A DNA stretch of 64,000 nucleotides, from the NCBI GenBank assembly GCA_963840855.1, contig CAWJBB010000033.1:10256-74255 (forward strand), in the 5' to 3' direction. A program made the position numbers and the translations under genes. This DNA comes from an uncultured delta proteobacterium. GTDB lineage: Bacteria; Desulfobacterota; Binatia; UBA9968. The notes beneath the pieces were generated by a model. That model worked only from the letters and a program-made list of their open reading frames with translations. It did no database searches and was not told the origin of the DNA. Shown in pieces: positions 28,242-38,138 of this stretch (positions are counted from its first letter, which is position 1; each line of letters opens with the position of its first letter).

Positions 28242-29396
28242 TCAACCATCGCACACCACCCATTCCCTTGGAAAGGCGTTCAGACTCTCACAGCCGTTTT
28301 TTTTGACGACCAGTGTTTCGCCGAACTGCAGGCCCATTTTTTCGTCGTAAGTCATGAGATTCGGCTGAATTACGATGACCATGTTTTCGCGGAAAACCAA
28401 CTCCCGCGACTCATGGCGTTTGCGCGTCTTGGTCTGGAAGATCGGCGGGTATTGATTGACGCCATGCACGAGGTCGTCGTAGGTGCTATAGCCGCGCTCG
28501 TGAATGATCTCCGCCGCTTCTTCGGCTTCCGTGGTCGTCGCGCCGTCTTTGATGACCTTGGACAATACCTCGAAGGCTTCCATCGCCGCGTCATGCATTT
28601 TTCGCCATTCCGGCGTCGGCCCCTCGCCGATCGAAAAGGTCCGGTGAATCTGGCCGCTGTACCCTGAGTAAGCGCCGCTGATCTCGGTGATCAAACAGTC
28701 GCCTTTTTGCAGCTTGCGGTTGGACTGAAACTGCGACGGCACGGGAAAATCCGGCTCGCGCATCGCCATGCTGCTCATGAAGTGAATGCCCGCGTAACCG
28801 CCTTGCTTCAAATAGACCGGCTCGATGATTGCCGGAATCTCATCTTCGCGCATGCCGGCTTTCAATTCCTCGGCCAGCGCCTCTATGGACTGATCCGTCA
28901 GCTTCGAAGCCATGTGGATGCGTTCGACTTCTTCGGGGCTTTTTATCGTCCGCATCATGCGCAACTTGCCGCCCAAATCGACAAAAATCGCATTCGGATA
29001 TTTTTCCCGCAGGCTGTTGTAGAGCTGAAAGCCGATGGACCCAGCCAGCCCGATCTTTTTCGCTTCCAAGCCGCGCTCGCCAATCAATTCCATGACACTT
29101 CTGTTGGTATTGGCGCCGGCCCAGCGGACATCGTTGATCCACGACATGACTCTTGCCATCGGAAAATGATTGAAAAGCTGCATTAAAATCACCGGTTCTT
29201 TGCCGCTCTGCATGAGTAGATAGGCTTCGCGGCTGCTCGGCCAATCGCTGAGCCAGTAGATGTCCGACGCATAGCGGCCGCTGCCGTAGAGGAGTAGCGC
29301 GTCGACACCCTCCTGTTCCATCAAGCCGTAAACCGCCTGATGCCTTCCTTTGAGCTCTTGGTCGGAAAAAGTCGGATAGTCCTGTCTTTGCCGCAT
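28242..29396 (-). CDS. M24 family metallopeptidase (Xaa-Pro dipeptidase/creatinase-like)
   Basis: Creatinase-like N-domain (VDALLLYGSG...), then a pita-bread C-domain with GDCLITEISGAYSGYSGQIHRT and HGVNQ.. ligand contexts. GGAGGG RBS. Confidence 0.8.
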   Translation of the reverse strand: MRQRQDYPTFSDQELKGRHQAVYGLMEQEGVDALLLYGSGRYASDIYWLSDWPSSREAYLLMQSGKEPVILMQLFNHFPMARVMSWINDVRWAGANTNRSVMELIGERGLEAKKIGLAGSIGFQLYNSLREKYPNAIFVDLGGKLRMMRTIKSPEEVERIHMASKLTDQSIEALAEELKAGMREDEIPAIIEPVYLKQGGYAGIHFMSSMAMREPDFPVPSQFQSNRKLQKGDCLITEISGAYSGYSGQIHRTFSIGEGPTPEWRKMHDAAMEAFEVLSKVIKDGATTTEAEEAAEIIHERGYSTYDDLVHGVNQYPPIFQTKTRKRHESRELVFRENMVIVIQPNLMTYDEKMGLQFGETLVVKKNGCESLNAFPREWVVCDG

Positions 29397-29657
29397 CGTG
29401 AAGCCCTCCTGATCGTCATGCGTTTAGCTGTCATTTCTGTAGCACCGATGGGATTGGCGGCGCAACCAACGTTGCCTAGGTCGCCGTTACGCTGCTGCAA
29501 AGGTGGGGACGGCTATACCACGGAACCTCCGCCAGTCATCCGGATCGGCTGCTTTACTCCTTCACGCGCCTAAGGATTCCTCGGAATGGTTTAAGAAACT
29601 AACGATAATCCCGATATTTCATTTGACCTAACCCCAAGTTCCAGGCCCACGTCCCGC

Positions 29658-32357
29658 ATGGTGATTTCATTGGCGATGGATGCAAGTCGGGATTGCGGAC
29701 GGCGAGGCGGGTCATGTGTTATGAAGTGCAACTCCAAGAAACCGAAGCTAAGGTCGCAAACCAGCGTGCGCCGGCGCAGGCCGCACGCGAAAAAAACTCG
29801 CAGGACCGTTGGCAGTGAGAAGAAGCTCCAGCGTCTAACCAAGATGCTCAAGGAGCTTGTGAGCCGTTTATCAAAATCCATCGTAGCCAAAGATCACTTA
29901 AAGGCGGAAAAGGCCAAGTTAAAAAAAACCGCCGCTGAATTGGCGCGCGAGATCTCCGAGCGCAAACTGGCGGAGGAATGGACGCGGCGGCATGAAGCGC
30001 ATTTTCGCTCGATGATCGACAGTGTCAAGGAGCATGCGATTATTCTGCTGGATTACGACGGGCGCATCGTGAGCTGGAACCAAGGGGCGGAGCTGATTAC
30101 GGGATATGGAACCGAAGAGATTCTCGGTAAACACGTCATCTGTTTCAATCCAGCTGAAGACCTTGAGGGTAGTGCTGAAGAGATTTTAAAGACGGCGCTG
30201 GCCGCGGGCCAGTGGGTGGGCGAAGGCTGGCGGGTGCGTAAAGACGGCAGCCGGTTTTGGGCGAGCGTCGTCGTCACCGCGGTGCGCGACGGCACGGACA
30301 CCCTGCTTGGTTTTACTAATGTCATGGGCGATCTGACCCGACGCAAGCAAGCGGCGGGAGCAATTCAGCTTGCCAAAGAAGAGGCGGAGGCAGCCAACCA
30401 GGCCAAGTCAGATTTCCTGGCTAACGTCAGCCACGAAGTACGCACTCCCATGACCGGGATCATCGGCATGGCCGGCCTGCTTGCCGAGACTGAACTGTCC
30501 GCGAAACAGCGAGAATATTGTGAAATCATCCGGCACTCCAGCGAATCTCTGCTCACGGTGATCAACGAGATTTTGGATTTTTCCAAAGCCGAGGCCGGCA
30601 AAATGGAGCTTGAGATCATCGACTTCGATCTGCGCACCGCCGTAGAGGATGTTACGGGACTTTTTGGCTCACAGGCGGCGGACAAAGAGATCGAGCTGAT
30701 CAACTTCGTCCGTTATGACGTGCCGACGGCGCTCAAGGGGGACCCTGGAAGGCTACGACAGGTTCTCTCCAATCTGGTCAACAATGCTCTCAAGTTCACA
30801 GTCAAGGGCGAAGTGGTTTTGCGAGTCAAAGTTGTCGAGCAGAACGCCGCGGTGGCCAAGCTGCGATTCGAAGTGGCGGATACGGGTATCGGTATTCCCG
30901 AAGGCGACATCGATCATCTCTTCAATCCCTTTACCCAGGCGGATGCCTCCACCACTCGCAAATACGGCGGGACCGGGCTTGGGCTCGCCATCTGCAAGAA
31001 ATTCATCGCGCTCATGGGCGGCGAAATCGGCGTTGAGAGTGAGATCGGAAAGGGTAGTACTTTTTGGTTCACCCTGCCGTTGCTAAAGCAACGTAAGGCC
31101 ACACGGCAAGCTTCCAAGCCACGCCACAACCTCGCAGGTTTGAGTGCTCTCGTGGTTGAGAGCAGCGCGAGCAGCCGCGAGGTTTTGGACCATTACCTCG
31201 ACGCGTTAGGGATCAAATGCCGCTGCGCGGACAATTGCGCGGTCGCTTTGGAATTGCTGCGCCGCGCCGCCGCCCACGACGAGCCTTATGACTTGGTGAT
31301 CTTGGACTCAAAATTACTTGCGATGGATGGTTTAGTGCTGGCCCACACTATCCGCCAAGATGCAACGACCGGCGCGCCAAAGCTTATGCTCTTGACCGCG
31401 GTGGGAAAACGGGGCGACGCTAAACTTGCCGAGGAGGCCGGATTTGACGCCTATCTGACCAAGCCAGTCAGCTTCTCATGTCTAACCGACTGCCTTGCCT
31501 TTGTGGCCGGAGAAGCGCCAGCGGCCGGGGCATACGGGCCTCTGGTTACACGCCATATGGTGGCTGAGGTGAAAGGGCAAAATCGGGTTCGGGTTCTGGT
31601 CGCTGACGACAATCACATAAATCAGAAGGTAGTGGCAAGCTTGTTGGAAAACATGGGCCACCGAGCCGATGTGGTCGCCAGCGGCAGGGAGGCTTTGGAA
31701 GCATTTATCCTCGTACCCTACGACGTCGTGCTCATGGATGTGCAACTGGCGGAAATGGACGGCGTCGAGACTTGCCGCCGCATTCGCATTCTGGCCAATG
31801 AGACTGGGCGCCGCACGTTCGTCGTCGCCGTAACCGCCCACGCTATGAAAGGGGACCGGGAAAAGTATCTTGGGGCGGGCTTCGACGGTTACGTCTCCAA
31901 ACCGGTCAACCCTCAGGAGCTCAAAGCTGTTATTGACTCAAGGACCACCGGCGATTCGTCGATGGCGTCATCCAAGGTGGCAGCGGAGCCTCTGGCCGTT
32001 CTCAATCTCTCGGAGGCCTTGGCCCGGGTCGAGGGGAACCGCGAATTACTTGCCAAAGTTGCCCGCGTATTTCTTGAGATTTATCCGAAATTGCTCGAAG
32101 AGTCTCAGAAGGCCGTTGCAGGAGCGGACTGCGACCTGCTCGCACGAGCCGCCCGCACCATTGCCTCGTCGGCTGGGCAAATAGGGGCGGGCAGGGTCCG
32201 TGCGGCCGCTAAGAAACTGGAAGCACTGAGCCGCCAGGGTGATTTATCCGACGCCCCTGATGCCCTGAATAAACTCGATAGCGAAATTCGCTTGGTCGAG
32301 TCCGCCATTGTTGAACCGTCTAACCCGGATTATTCATGGCTTCGCAACGAGGCGTAA
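29658..32357 (+). CDS. cytoplasmic hybrid sensor histidine kinase: coiled coil-PAS-HisKA-HATPase-REC-REC-HPt-like
   Basis: PAS ([22 protein letters not shown]), H-box [13 protein letters not shown] boxes ([21 protein letters not shown]), REC1 (..[16 protein letters not shown]), REC2 ([21 protein letters not shown]), and a C-terminal HPt-like helix bundle. No TM segment. The start is uncertain (29658, 29675 or 29721). Confidence 0.93.
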   Translation: MVISLAMDASRDCGRRGGSCVMKCNSKKPKLRSQTSVRRRRPHAKKTRRTVGSEKKLQRLTKMLKELVSRLSKSIVAKDHLKAEKAKLKKTAAELAREISERKLAEEWTRRHEAHFRSMIDSVKEHAIILLDYDGRIVSWNQGAELITGYGTEEILGKHVICFNPAEDLEGSAEEILKTALAAGQWVGEGWRVRKDGSRFWASVVVTAVRDGTDTLLGFTNVMGDLTRRKQAAGAIQLAKEEAEAANQAKSDFLANVSHEVRTPMTGIIGMAGLLAETELSAKQREYCEIIRHSSESLLTVINEILDFSKAEAGKMELEIIDFDLRTAVEDVTGLFGSQAADKEIELINFVRYDVPTALKGDPGRLRQVLSNLVNNALKFTVKGEVVLRVKVVEQNAAVAKLRFEVADTGIGIPEGDIDHLFNPFTQADASTTRKYGGTGLGLAICKKFIALMGGEIGVESEIGKGSTFWFTLPLLKQRKATRQASKPRHNLAGLSALVVESSASSREVLDHYLDALGIKCRCADNCAVALELLRRAAAHDEPYDLVILDSKLLAMDGLVLAHTIRQDATTGAPKLMLLTAVGKRGDAKLAEEAGFDAYLTKPVSFSCLTDCLAFVAGEAPAAGAYGPLVTRHMVAEVKGQNRVRVLVADDNHINQKVVASLLENMGHRADVVASGREALEAFILVPYDVVLMDVQLAEMDGVETCRRIRILANETGRRTFVVAVTAHAMKGDREKYLGAGFDGYVSKPVNPQELKAVIDSRTTGDSSMASSKVAAEPLAVLNLSEALARVEGNRELLAKVARVFLEIYPKLLEESQKAVAGADCDLLARAARTIASSAGQIGAGRVRAAAKKLEALSRQGDLSDAPDALNKLDSEIRLVESAIVEPSNPDYSWLRNEA

Positions 32358-32561
32358 GCCCCTGGTGCCATCACAGGACTTTTTCCACTCGGTTAACTGC
32401 TCTGCCGAATCCCCCAAACGGCAATTGTATCTCCCTTTGGCACGCTGCATCCGGCTAGCTTCTGGCACGTGCGCTGAAAAACTCTGTCGCCAGGCTGTTA
32501 GACATTTCTTCCCTACCGTGAGAACCTTTTGGTTACGAATTCCATTCCTGGGAGACTGTTT

Positions 32562-33389
32562 ATGAGCGTCCGGCAAATTTTACCTCGAATACTACTGGCT
32601 CTAATTTTGTCACTCGCCTTAACTGCTGTTACGCCCGCGGCGCAGTCCACGAAGCAGGAGTATGAACCGCAGGTGGGGCAGGAGGGAAAAGATGTCGAAT
32701 GGGTCCCGACTCCGCAGGTGTTGGTAGACAAGATGCTCGACATGGCGAAGGCTACGCCGAAGGATTATGTCATCGATCTGGGTTCGGGCGATGGCCGCAC
32801 GGTTATCACGGCGGCGAAGCGGGGGATCCGCGCCCACGGCATAGAATACAATCCGGACATGGTGGAGCTAGCCAAACGCAACGCCGCCAAGGAGGGCGTC
32901 AGTGATAAGGCCACGTTTGCAAAAGCCGATTTGTTTGTGAGTGATTTTTCCAAAGCGACTGTGTTGACGTTATTTCTTTTGCCGGAGATTAATTTAAAGC
33001 TGAGATCCAAGATCCTCAATCTCAAACCGGGTACGCGCATTGTTTCCAACACCTTCGATATGGAAGAGTGGGAGCCGGACGAGAGCGCTACTGTGGGCGA
33101 AGGGTGCGGCAGCTGGTGTACGGCGCATCTGTGGATCGTGCCCGCGAAAGCGCAAGGAACCTGGCGGCTCGCGCACGGCGAACTCAGGCTCACGCAGACT
33201 TTTCAAAAGATCTCCGGCACGTTCAGCGCCGGCGCTAAGACCATGCAAATCTCCGATGGCAAACTGAACGGCGACCGCATCACGTTTTCCGCCGCCGGCG
33301 CGCAATACAGCGGGCGGGTGAACGGAAACGTAATGGAGGGCAGTCTAAGTTCCGGCGGAACTTGGAAGGCGGTCCGCACCGCCAAGTAG
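32562..33389 (+). CDS. class I SAM-dependent methyltransferase with an N-terminal signal peptide or anchor and a C-terminal beta-rich domain
   Basis: GGGAG RBS, ATG at 32562. MSVRQILPRILLALILSLALTAVTPAAQS is signal-like, and motif I is VIDLGSGDGRTVITAA. The C-terminal roughly 90 aa (WRLAHGELRLTQTFQKISGTF...) form a separate small domain. Confidence 0.75.
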   Translation: MSVRQILPRILLALILSLALTAVTPAAQSTKQEYEPQVGQEGKDVEWVPTPQVLVDKMLDMAKATPKDYVIDLGSGDGRTVITAAKRGIRAHGIEYNPDMVELAKRNAAKEGVSDKATFAKADLFVSDFSKATVLTLFLLPEINLKLRSKILNLKPGTRIVSNTFDMEEWEPDESATVGEGCGSWCTAHLWIVPAKAQGTWRLAHGELRLTQTFQKISGTFSAGAKTMQISDGKLNGDRITFSAAGAQYSGRVNGNVMEGSLSSGGTWKAVRTAK

Positions 33390-33400
33390 GTGATTGCTTC

Positions 33401-34396
33401 TTAGATTCGCAAGAGGCGTTTGGCGTTTCCCTCAAGCAGAAGCAGCTTGTCGGTTTCCGAAATATCCAGCTGCTCGACCTTTTTGGCGGCGTCCCAGTCC
33501 CCTAAACCGTACGGATAATCGGTGCCAACCATGATGTGGTCGACGCCGCCGAGGCCGATCAGATACTTGATCGTGTCGAGGCGGTAGATCATGTTGTCGT
33601 AGTAAATGTTTTTTAGATACGCGCTGGGCGGCATCTTGGCTCCGGCGGCCCGCGCACCCGAGCGCACTTGCCATCCCCGGTCGAATCGACCCAGATGATA
33701 GGGAAAAAAGCCGCCACCGTGGAGAATGCAGAGCTTCAAGTTGGGGAACCGGTCGAACACGCCGCTGTAGGTCATGAAACCGAAGCAGAGCGCGCTGTCG
33801 GCGGGATTGCCGCATATGAGTTTCAAGCCATAAGGATTCATTTTGTCAGCGCCAGCGACGTCTTCCGGGTGCATAACCACCATGACATCCAGTTCTTGCG
33901 CTTTTGCCCAAAACGGATCGAACTCTTCGGTGCCATAGTAGTTGCCGTTGACGTTGGTGCCGATGTAGCCGCCGCGGAAATTAAGATCGCGGACGGCGCG
34001 CTCCAAGACCCTGGCGGCGCGCGCCGGGTCCTGCAGCGGTACGGAGGCCAAACCGACGAACTTGTCAGGATGGTGATTGATCAATTCGTAAATACCGTCG
34101 TTATAAACCTTGCACCAGTTTTCGCCCTGCTCGCCCGTGAGTCTGTAGCCGAGGGTGGCGGTGTGCGCTTCCAGCGCGGCCATGGCGAGCTTTGAGTCCT
34201 GCATCATCTTGAGCCGCTTGTCGATGGCCGGCAGCTCCGGATGAAGAACGAACGGCGGGCCGCCCGCGAAAGAAAGCGAGCGCTGTCCGTCTTTCTCGAT
34301 TAGCTCGACGCCAAGGTGTCTACCGCGGACTTTGGCTTCCTGCAAAAGACTTTCGGGAACGTAATGATGATGCACGTCGATGGCGCAAGTGTTCAT
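33401..34396 (-). CDS. amidohydrolase_2 family metal-dependent hydrolase/decarboxylase
   Basis: AIDVHHHYVP near the N-terminus and MVGTDYPYGLGD near the C-terminus. 331 aa. Confidence 0.85.
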   Translation of the reverse strand: MNTCAIDVHHHYVPESLLQEAKVRGRHLGVELIEKDGQRSLSFAGGPPFVLHPELPAIDKRLKMMQDSKLAMAALEAHTATLGYRLTGEQGENWCKVYNDGIYELINHHPDKFVGLASVPLQDPARAARVLERAVRDLNFRGGYIGTNVNGNYYGTEEFDPFWAKAQELDVMVVMHPEDVAGADKMNPYGLKLICGNPADSALCFGFMTYSGVFDRFPNLKLCILHGGGFFPYHLGRFDRGWQVRSGARAAGAKMPPSAYLKNIYYDNMIYRLDTIKYLIGLGGVDHIMVGTDYPYGLGDWDAAKKVEQLDISETDKLLLLEGNAKRLLRI

Positions 34397-34456
34397 TTTG
34401 GCCTAGATCCCTCTTTCGGAAATTTTAATTATCGATAATCGTCGCCCTCACCCTAA

Positions 34457-34477
34457 CCCTCTCCCCGCGGGAGAGGG
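34457..34477. repeat. REP-like GC hairpin between D-aminoacylase and amidohydrolase genes
   Basis: ccctctccc-cgc-gggagaggg (9-bp stem), embedded in ctcaccctaaccctctccccgcgggagagggaagg. Confidence 0.6.
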
Positions 34478-34539
34478 AAGGATGAGAGAAGAACTTTTAA
34501 CGAGCAGGAAACGAAGTGTTCGCCGAGCGGACCAGCTAG

Positions 34540-36201
34540 TTACACGCACAGTTGTTGGCGACGCACCTTGCCGGGGAAAACATCGTTGCAACTGCCGTCC
34601 TCGACTACAGTTTGGCCGTTGACGACCACGGCTTTCATCCCGGGCGGGTGCCGCTTGACTTCTTGAGCGTCAATGACGGCTGGCAGCTTCTCGCTGACTA
34701 AATCGTCGATCTTGTCGGCGTCAAAAATCGTCACGTCCGCGGGCATGCCTTCGCGCAGCAGACCGCGGTTGAGGCGAAGCTTCTCAGCCGGGAACCCGGT
34801 CACCTTGTGCACCGCTTTCTCCAGGCTCATCAGATGCTTCTCGCGACTCCAGTAGCCGAGCACTCTGACCGGGGCGCCATGCCAGAAGAAACGGTCGAGA
34901 TGCGCGCCCACGTCGGTGCCGATCAAACTGGTTTCCGACTGAATCATCTGCGCCAGAATATCCTGATGGGCATTGGCGAGGCCGTGATAGACGCACTGGG
35001 ATTTGAGATTGTCCTCCAGCCAGGTATCGAAGAACGCGTCCACCTCGGCCTTCTCGGTGAGCCGCGCGATTTCCGCGACGTTCTTGCCTTCGAGCTTTTT
35101 GAGTTCCGGTTTCTCGATATGTTCGAAAACCATGCGGTCCCAAGAATGCCATTCGGGAAATTCCGGTTTGCCGGCTCCCGCAATGCGTTCTTGTTCGAGT
35201 TTTTTTCTGATTTCTTTGTCCCCGAGCTTGCTGCTGAGGTCGCTCGAGTTCTTGATCGCTTCCCAGGTCGGCAGGCCGTTCAAGAAAAAGCAGTCGTTGA
35301 TGGTAAAGCGGCGGATGTGAGTGTAGGGGATGACGACGCCGAAGAGCTGTTGGCCGCGCTTCTGCGCTTCCTCCATGTAGGCGATGGCCTTCGGGGCGTC
35401 TGCCTTTTGTCCGGGACGCTGGCGAAATTCGTTGCCGATCTGCAAGCCGCGAATGCGTTTTAGCATGTCGGGAACGCCACTCTCGGGCTGGAGCATCATC
35501 TGAAAGCCGTTGAATTGAAAGCAGCCGTTGTATTCCGCCGCTACGTTGGCCAGCTCGACGATCTCGTTATGATTGGCGAAGGTGCTCGGCGTGCCGGCGT
35601 GAATCGCGGGTCCGCCGCGCGGACTGGTGGAAAATCCGATGGCGCCCAGCTCCATCCCTTCGCGCACCATTTTTTTCATCGCATCGAGTTCCTCCGGTTT
35701 TGCTTCGCGCTCATAGGCGGCTTCGCCCATGACCGTAAGCCGAACCGGGGAATGGGGCATGAGAGGAAGGCAGTTCACGGCGATATGGCCTTCAATATAA
35801 TTGAGATATTCGGCGTAGGTGTTCCACTTCCAGTCCTTGTCGTCGACATACTTATCCAGCACGCGGCGCAGATACTCGACCAGCACCTTGCGTGGCTCGG
35901 GCTTGGCTGGCACCGGCGCGCAGGAGGCGCCGCAATCGCCGATGACGATGCTGGTGACGCCGTAATTGACCACCGGATTGCCGTTTGGATACTGGACGAT
36001 GAAGGCGTCCATGTGGGTGTGGGAGTCGATGAATCCGGGCGCCACTACATGTCCTTTGGCGTCGATCTCTTTCTTTCCCGAGCCAAGGTTTTTGCCGATG
36101 GCAGTGACTTTTTCGCCGTCGATGGCGACATCGGCTTCGAAGCCTGGGCTTCCACTGCCGTCAATAACGGTGCCGTTTTTAATTACCAAATCGTGAGCCA
36201 T
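34540..36201 (-). CDS. N-acyl-D-amino-acid deacylase (D-aminoacylase) family amidohydrolase
   Basis: DLVIKNGTVIDGSG...VAPGFIDSHTHMD..., 553 aa, with the typical composite beta-sandwich plus TIM-barrel architecture. Confidence 0.85.
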   Translation of the reverse strand: MAHDLVIKNGTVIDGSGSPGFEADVAIDGEKVTAIGKNLGSGKKEIDAKGHVVAPGFIDSHTHMDAFIVQYPNGNPVVNYGVTSIVIGDCGASCAPVPAKPEPRKVLVEYLRRVLDKYVDDKDWKWNTYAEYLNYIEGHIAVNCLPLMPHSPVRLTVMGEAAYEREAKPEELDAMKKMVREGMELGAIGFSTSPRGGPAIHAGTPSTFANHNEIVELANVAAEYNGCFQFNGFQMMLQPESGVPDMLKRIRGLQIGNEFRQRPGQKADAPKAIAYMEEAQKRGQQLFGVVIPYTHIRRFTINDCFFLNGLPTWEAIKNSSDLSSKLGDKEIRKKLEQERIAGAGKPEFPEWHSWDRMVFEHIEKPELKKLEGKNVAEIARLTEKAEVDAFFDTWLEDNLKSQCVYHGLANAHQDILAQMIQSETSLIGTDVGAHLDRFFWHGAPVRVLGYWSREKHLMSLEKAVHKVTGFPAEKLRLNRGLLREGMPADVTIFDADKIDDLVSEKLPAVIDAQEVKRHPPGMKAVVVNGQTVVEDGSCNDVFPGKVRRQQLCV

Positions 36202-36278
36202 TAGGAGCGCCTCCTTATGCAGGTAAGATTAATTTGCTTATCCCACCGAATGGGTTCGGCTGTCAACTGCTTGATATC

Positions 36279-36477
36279 CAGTTCCTAGTTTCGAGTTTCT
36301 GGTTTCAGGTTAATCGGATCGCGGACGTATATCCGTCCGCGTAAATCGTCGTGTTACGAATCTCAGTAGTTGAGACTGTTATAGGAGTGGTCTCTAAAGT
36401 GGGCTGATTTGAAACTAGAAAGTCTCGAGCTCCGAGACTTGGCTGGACAGAAACTAGAAACCAGAGACTAGAAACTT
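36279..36477. repeat. CTAGAAAC-type inverted-repeat element in the tctA/D-aminoacylase spacer (related copy at 56513-56620)
   Basis: Left arm ccagttcctagtttcgagtttctggtttcagg. Roughly 100-nt core containing the hairpin gcggacg-tatatc-cgtccgc (36321-36340). Right arm gaaactagaaag...cagaaactagaaaccagagactagaaact. Confidence 0.8.
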
Positions 36478-36485
36478 CCCCTGGT

Positions 36486-37988
36486 CTACACCGCGTCTGC
36501 AGGCCGCTCGTATTTGGCTTTGCCCATGCGCTCTTTGATCGTAGGATAAGCGATGGTAAAAATCGTGATCGCGATGAGCGACAAGCACGCTGGGAAACAA
36601 GCAGCCACTTGGCGCCATAGGCCGCGGTGGATATCCATAAATAATTTTCCGCGATCTTACCCAGGGTAAGCCCCAGTATCAGCGGCGGCCGCGGCCAGCC
36701 AAATTTGACCATGAAATAGCCGATCACTCCGAAAAGAATTGTCGTTATGTTATCGTTGATATCGTTATTCGCGGTGAAAGAGCCGATGAAAACGAGGAAC
36801 ATCAAAAAGGGTATCAGTATCGAACCACGAACGAATGTGAGAGCAGCGAGATGATTCAAAAACATAAAGCAAATACCGGCGACGATGATATTGGCGATAA
36901 TCAGCACCCAAACCATGGCGAAGGTGACGTCGAGCTTGGATTTGAGCATTTCCGGTCCAGGGTTGAGTCCGACGATCAACATGGCCCCGAGGAGCAGAGC
37001 CATGGCGCCGCTGCCCGGAATACCGAAGGCAATCGTTGGTATCAAATCGCCGCCCCGTGTTGAGTTGTTTGCACACGCGGGGCCGAGCAGGCCTTCGATG
37101 GCGCCCTTGCCGGCTCTCGATTTGTCTTTTAATCCCTGCACCGCGTGGGCGTAGGAAATCCACTGGGCCACGTTGGCGCCCAAAACCGGTAGAACCCCAA
37201 AGTACACGCCGATCAAACTGCAACGCATGACCAGCCAGAAGTGGCGGAAGGTGTCTTTGACCCCTTCCATGACGCCGGTTATTTTTCCGGTCTGGCCGCC
37301 CGCAATGCTCGTGCCGCGCACCGCGAGATCGACGATTTCCGGTATGGCGAACAACCCCACGACAACCGGTATTAGATCGAGCCGGTCCCATAAATAAAGC
37401 GATCCGAAGGTGTAGCGCAAAGATCCCGTTTGCGGGTCTACGCCGATGGCGGCGAGCATAAGTCCGAGGCCGCCGGCAAGAAGCCCTTTGATCAACGACG
37501 GTCCGGCAAGCGTTCCGATAAACGTAATGCCCATGATCGCGATAATGAACAATTCCGGGTGAGCCGAACAGCAATACGAGGGGACGCATAATAGGAATGG
37601 AGAGGGCTAGTGAGAATGCTCCGATCAGGGATCCCAGCACGGAGCTTGTTATCGCCGCGCCCAAGGCGCGGCCGGCCTCGCCATTTTTAGACATGGGGTA
37701 GCCATCTAATATGAGCGCGGCGGAGGATCCCTCCCCTGGAATCCCGAAAAGAATCGACGTCAGGTCGCCGGTGGTGCCGGTGACGGCGAGCATGCCGAGC
37801 AGAAAGCAGAAGGCTTCGATGGGAGTTTTGATCGTATATGAGAACGGCAACATCAACGCGAGGGTTGACAGGCCGCCGATGCCGGGAAGCAGGCCGACCC
37901 AAAAACCGATGAAGATCCCCAGCAGCATATATCCGAAAGCCGGCCAGGCGAGAACTTTCCAAAACCCGATAACGAAGGCTTCAAGCAT
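36486..37988 (-). pseudogene. tctA: tripartite tricarboxylate transporter permease TctA, two frame breaks (as assembled)
   Basis: AGGAG RBS, ATG at 37988. TctA-type sequence reads through three frames: MLEAFVIGFW...LLFGSP | ELFIIAIMGITFIG...YGAKWLL | ..ACLSLIAITIFTIAYPTIKERMGKAKYERPADAV*. The shifts are at about 37555 (CC/GGG run) and about 36591-36603. The true stop is TAG at 36486-36488. Confidence 0.9.
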
Positions 37989-38138
37989 ATGAAACTCCTA
38001 ACGCTCTATTCGACCTGTGGACCATGCTCCATATCGCATCTTGAACCGTGGGTCAACCGATTCAGGCCAGGGAGTAATGGAGTTATGCACTTAAAATCAA
38101 TGGCGTCTTGATTGAGGCCGACGTTCCACGACAATATG

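Noticed and set aside
32438-32468. Two TGGCAC hexamers (32438-32443 and 32463-32468) upstream of the methyltransferase gene, as possible sigma-54 -24 elements.
   Set aside because: Neither has a GC dinucleotide at the required GG-N10-GC spacing or a TTGC-like -12 box.
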